A DNA stretch of 64,000 nucleotides from an uncultured Actinomycetota bacterium (GTDB lineage Bacteria; Actinomycetota; Humimicrobiia; Humimicrobiales; Humimicrobiaceae), in assembly GCA_964610385.1 (NCBI GenBank), contig CAZSXW010000002.1, positions 256,808 to 320,807 of the forward strand, read 5' to 3'. Below are positions 60,705-64,000 of the stretch, in pieces. The translations under genes and the position numbers were made by a program. Position 1 is the stretch's first letter. Every line of letters starts with the position of its first letter. The notes beneath the pieces are model-generated. The model was not told the origin of the DNA. It worked only from the letters and a program-made list of their open reading frames with translations, and made no database searches.

Positions 60705-61613
60705 GTGTTGCAAAAAGAGCAAGAAACAGATATGAGAAATTATATCGATAGCTTCCTTAGCTATATGAAAACTGAAAAAATGGCTTCTCCTACTACTATT
60801 TATGGCTACAATAAGGAAGTTAAAAAATTCATTGATTATCTATCTTCTATAAATATTTCAGACATAAACTTAATTAGTACAAGAACTGTAAGACAGTATT
60901 TTTATTATGCTAAAGAAAATAGAAATCTTTGTCAGAGTTCAATATCAAAAATAATTGCAATAGTAAAAAGCTTTTTTAACTACCTTGAGGAAGAAGATAT
61001 AATAACCAAAAACCCAACCAGAAAAATTAGAGTTCCTAAAAATGTATGCAGGATCCCATCAGTCATGTCCAAGTATGAGGTAGATCTAATAATTAGATCT
61101 GTAGACTTTGCACCTTTAAGATGTAGAAAAAATAACACAAGAGATAAACTGGTACTATCCCTGCTCTACTATACCGGTATAAGAAAAAGTGAGCTATTAA
61201 ATTTAAACTGGATCGATATTAATCTATCAAAGAGTACTTTAATTATAAGGCGTGGTAAAGGAGGAAAGGATAGGTTAATTCCTCTTCATAAAGAAGTTAC
61301 TAGACTACTTGATAAGTATTTAGATGAGAGGCTTCCCTTAAAAACAGAGGCACTTATAATTGGAGAGCAAGGCAAGAGAATGTGCAAGGGTAGCTTTGTA
61401 TACCTTTTAAAAATGTATCTTACATTGTCCGGACTTAAGAGGAAGGGCTATACTGCACATAGCTTTAGACACAGTTTTGCTACTCACTTAGTTGAAGCTG
61501 GGGTTGACCTTTTTAAGGTTCAAAAGCTACTGGGTCATGCAAGCCTGGATACTACAAAAATTTATATTAATTTTAACAGTTCACAGATGGCGAAAGCAGT
61601 TGAGAGATTATAG
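60705..61613 (+). CDS. tyrosine site-specific recombinase (XerC/XerD family)
   Basis: 302 aa. C-terminal catalytic region HSFRHSFATHL...LLGHASLDTTKIY contains the R-H-R-Y tetrad context typical of Xer/integrase enzymes. The start may be the Met at 60734. Confidence 0.8.
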   Translation: MLQKEQETDMRNYIDSFLSYMKTEKMASPTTIYGYNKEVKKFIDYLSSINISDINLISTRTVRQYFYYAKENRNLCQSSISKIIAIVKSFFNYLEEEDIITKNPTRKIRVPKNVCRIPSVMSKYEVDLIIRSVDFAPLRCRKNNTRDKLVLSLLYYTGIRKSELLNLNWIDINLSKSTLIIRRGKGGKDRLIPLHKEVTRLLDKYLDERLPLKTEALIIGEQGKRMCKGSFVYLLKMYLTLSGLKRKGYTAHSFRHSFATHLVEAGVDLFKVQKLLGHASLDTTKIYINFNSSQMAKAVERL

Positions 61614-61975
61614 ACAAGGATGGCTAGCTATATCAGTCATAAAAAAGGTTAATGATAGGGTACCAATAAAACCAAAAATGATTTTATCCTAAGATAATTT
61701 ACTTCCATATTTGAAACATTTCTAAAAATATTGGCCTCGTCTAATTTTTTAAAATTTGCAATAAACGAACCTTAAAATTTATCTTTTTAGTATTATCTCT
61801 GTTTAATCTCTAAGCTATGTTAATAAATTGTTAGTTTTATAATTTTTTAGTATTATTAAATAAATTAACACTATAAGATAATTATCGAATAGTCACCCAA
61901 AATAGTAACCCTAAATAATGAAATTTGGAATCTGATTTTTGAAGATTTAATTATTAGTGTTATCCAGCTGTAAAT

Positions 61976-63529
61976 TTATAATATCATTTTTACAGAACTA
62001 CCCTCATTCATTTTAGCTTCGTACATGAGTGAATCCGAACAATTAATCAAATCCTCTAAGGTCATTTCTTCTGAATACTGGCAAATACCTATGCTCAAAG
62101 AAGTACCTTTAATATCTCTGATATTGAATTTTTCAATAATTCTATCAGCGATTTTTCTTGCTCTGCTGATATCTGAATCTGGCAAAAGTATTACAAACTC
62201 ATCTCCACCATACCTTGTTATAATATCTATTCCTTGCCTTATATTCTCTTTAAAGACATCTACAGCTTCTTTGAGAAGTAAATCACCCTTTAAGTGGCCA
62301 TAAGTGTCATTAAATCTTTTAAAACCATCTATATCAATCATCATTAATGTAAAAGGATTTTTATAACGGTGATACTTCTTTATTTCCCCCGCCAGCTGTT
62401 CAAAGAAATATCTTCTGTTATAAGCTTTGGTGAGAAAATCTTTTATTGCTTTTTTTCTTAATCTTTCCTGCAATACCTTTTCCTTTGTAATATCCCTGAA
62501 TACTGCTACCTTTGCAAGTATACTTTTTCTACTATCTAAAACAGGTGATAATCTAACATTATATGTTTTATTATCACCATTAATATTACATGACAGTTCC
62601 ATATCAAAATCTTCTATTTTACCGCTTTTAAGACCAGTAAAGAGCTTCTTTATTTGATTCTTATCTGTACTTGCTTTAAACATCTCTTTTTTTATAGCCT
62701 CGCTATCTAGATAATATTTGTTGGTCTTTATACCCTTATATAAGATATCCTGCATATGATTATTTATGCTTATTATATTTCCTTTTGGGTCCGATACCAT
62801 AATACAATCAGATGTAGTTCCAAATAATTGTCTTAATGTCATATTCTGGATACTCATCCTTAAACTTAAAATGCTCATAGCTATAAATATGTATAAAAAA
62901 GCCATCAGTAATGTATTTATGGAAACCTTAAGATTCAGTATTGATACAACCAGTTCTAAAGTAAATGTACCCAGAGTAAATATGACTACCCCTGAAAGCA
63001 GGAAATTATTTGATAGATTGGAACGGTTCATTCTTAAATTATTATGGATGCTCGATCCTATAAGATAAATACTTATAAGTAAAAAAGGACCTAAACAAAA
63101 TATGCCGATTATCATCATATATGGTATGTAAACTATAAAGCCAAAATTACCTCTAACGGATACAATTCCCTCATTAAATGCCAGAAATATAAAAATGATT
63201 AAAGAAGGTAGGTAAAATAGAATCTTTATATATCTGTTTATACTGCTTATTTTATTTTCAAGAAAATCATTTATAAAAATAAACAGGGCCGGACTAAACA
63301 TCAATGCTCCAAATGTAGAAAGGTATGACCATATTGGTGCCGGTTCCGGATAATTCTTTAGAATGACAAAGAAATTTGATACTGATATCACAACAACCGT
63401 TGCAGAAAAAATGATGAATGCAACAGATGATCTTTTATATGGGCTGTTAAAGATATTGTAAAGCCCAAAAAAGACGGCAAACAAAAAAGTTGCTCCTGAT
63501 ATAATAGTAAATATGTTTATGTTATACAT
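61976..63529 (-). CDS. membrane-bound sensor diguanylate cyclase (multi-TM N-terminal domain, PAS-like region, GGDEF)
   Basis: 517 aa. About 6 N-terminal TM helices. C-terminal GGDEF domain with intact RYGGDEF active-site motif. Confidence 0.85.
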   Translation of the reverse strand: MYNINIFTIISGATFLFAVFFGLYNIFNSPYKRSSVAFIIFSATVVVISVSNFFVILKNYPEPAPIWSYLSTFGALMFSPALFIFINDFLENKISSINRYIKILFYLPSLIIFIFLAFNEGIVSVRGNFGFIVYIPYMMIIGIFCLGPFLLISIYLIGSSIHNNLRMNRSNLSNNFLLSGVVIFTLGTFTLELVVSILNLKVSINTLLMAFLYIFIAMSILSLRMSIQNMTLRQLFGTTSDCIMVSDPKGNIISINNHMQDILYKGIKTNKYYLDSEAIKKEMFKASTDKNQIKKLFTGLKSGKIEDFDMELSCNINGDNKTYNVRLSPVLDSRKSILAKVAVFRDITKEKVLQERLRKKAIKDFLTKAYNRRYFFEQLAGEIKKYHRYKNPFTLMMIDIDGFKRFNDTYGHLKGDLLLKEAVDVFKENIRQGIDIITRYGGDEFVILLPDSDISRARKIADRIIEKFNIRDIKGTSLSIGICQYSEEMTLEDLINCSDSLMYEAKMNEGSSVKMIL

Positions 63530-63884
63530 ATGTTTCTAATAATTCCTTTTTGTTTTTATTTGAGGTTTCTGATTTCTCTGAAACTATCTTTATAAAGTGA
63601 TTCACTAAAACTGGATCAAATTGCATCCCTGCATGATCTAGAAGCTCTTTGATGGCATATTCTCTGCTATGTGTTTTTCTGTAGGGCCTGCCATTTGTCA
63701 TTGCATCATAGGCATCGATTATTGAAATTATTCTAGCAGTAATAGGTATTTCTTTGCCCTTAAGACCCATTGGATAACCCTTTCCATCCCATCTCTCATA
63801 ATGTGACAATATACCTTTTGCAATAGATGCAAGATCTGGATTTGAGCTTGCAATTCTGAAACAAATCTCAGAATGTTTCTTCAT
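63522..63884 (-). CDS. HD-GYP domain C-terminal fragment (apparent remnant, translationally coupled upstream of the GGDEF gene)
   Basis: 120 aa. ...HYERWDGKGYPMGL... and the downstream DAYDAMTNGRPYRK align with the C-terminal half of the HD-GYP domain of the 46767 protein. An in-frame TAA at 63945-63947 leaves no room for the HD motif. Confidence 0.5.
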   Translation of the reverse strand: MKKHSEICFRIASSNPDLASIAKGILSHYERWDGKGYPMGLKGKEIPITARIISIIDAYDAMTNGRPYRKTHSREYAIKELLDHAGMQFDPVLVNHFIKIVSEKSETSNKNKKELLETYV

Positions 63885-64000
63885 AAGACTATATTCCTTA
63901 CTGGTAATTTCTACAGCAGTTCTTATTTCAGTTTTTACATTTTTTTATCTATCATTTTTTATCCACTAATGTCTTCGTTTTCCTGGTACCTACTAATAAA

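Noticed and set aside
61614-61975. dif-like Xer recombination site near the recombinase (ACTTCCATATTTGAAACATTTCTAAAAA around 61700)
   Set aside because: Only the first 6 bp match the Firmicutes dif XerC arm. The conserved XerD arm (TTATGTAAACT) is absent.
1-64000. CRISPR arrays, tRNA, rRNA, tmRNA, RNase P and SRP RNA genes
   Set aside because: Scanned intergenic regions for direct-repeat arrays, T-loop (GTTCGA/GTTCAA) contexts and conserved RNase P/4.5S motifs. None found. All intergenic gaps longer than 150 bp are listed in features or findings.

Overview
This 64-kb window comes from a very AT-rich bacterial chromosome whose gene order is strongly Firmicutes/Clostridia-like. Nearly all genes lie on the minus strand. 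Reading in the direction of transcription, from high to low coordinates, there are three long co-directional arrays. The first is lemA-htpX-pdxS-pdxT-yebC-ruvC-ruvA-ruvB-queA. It is followed by an accessory island of about 5.8 kb, then tgt-yajC-secD-secF-recJ-relA, an MBL-fold hydrolase, hisS-aspS-alaS, and ruvX-mltG-trmR-like-U32/TrhP-like-acyP-aroE. The last array is a type IV pilus (T4P) cluster, pilT-pilC-sigma factor-pilA-pilD-pilM-pilN-pilO-PilP-like, interleaved with shikimate genes aroC-aroK-aroB-aroQ and three pseudopilin/PilX-like genes. It continues pepP-efp-nusB-ispA-tlyA-nadK-recN-pyrG and ends with a Lit-like membrane protein. The few plus-strand genes sit in what look like accessory insertions. 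One is a membrane protein plus a PAS-HD-GYP protein inside the queA/tgt block. The other is an EF-G paralog with a degenerate GTPase centre, coupled to an exported Ig/CBM9-like protein and followed by a B1/B2-like metallo-beta-lactamase, a truncated TolB-like lipoprotein ORF and a tyrosine recombinase, near a GGDEF gene and an HD-GYP remnant. No rRNA, tRNA or CRISPR array was found. The most novel-looking element is a self-contained mini-gene at 43999-44172, on the opposite strand next to an orphan radical SAM gene: a near-consensus sigma-70 promoter, a 7-bp inverted repeat, a strong SD, a 12-codon lysine-rich ORF (MATKSKKGKKKK) and an intrinsic terminator. The other main findings are the pilus-embedded SigB/F-family sigma factor with a sigma-B-type promoter in front of pilA, the EF-G paralog with His-to-Tyr at the catalytic position, and the class-B-like MBL with Gly at position 116. 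All calls rest on reading the translated ORFs and the DNA by eye; no database searches were run.
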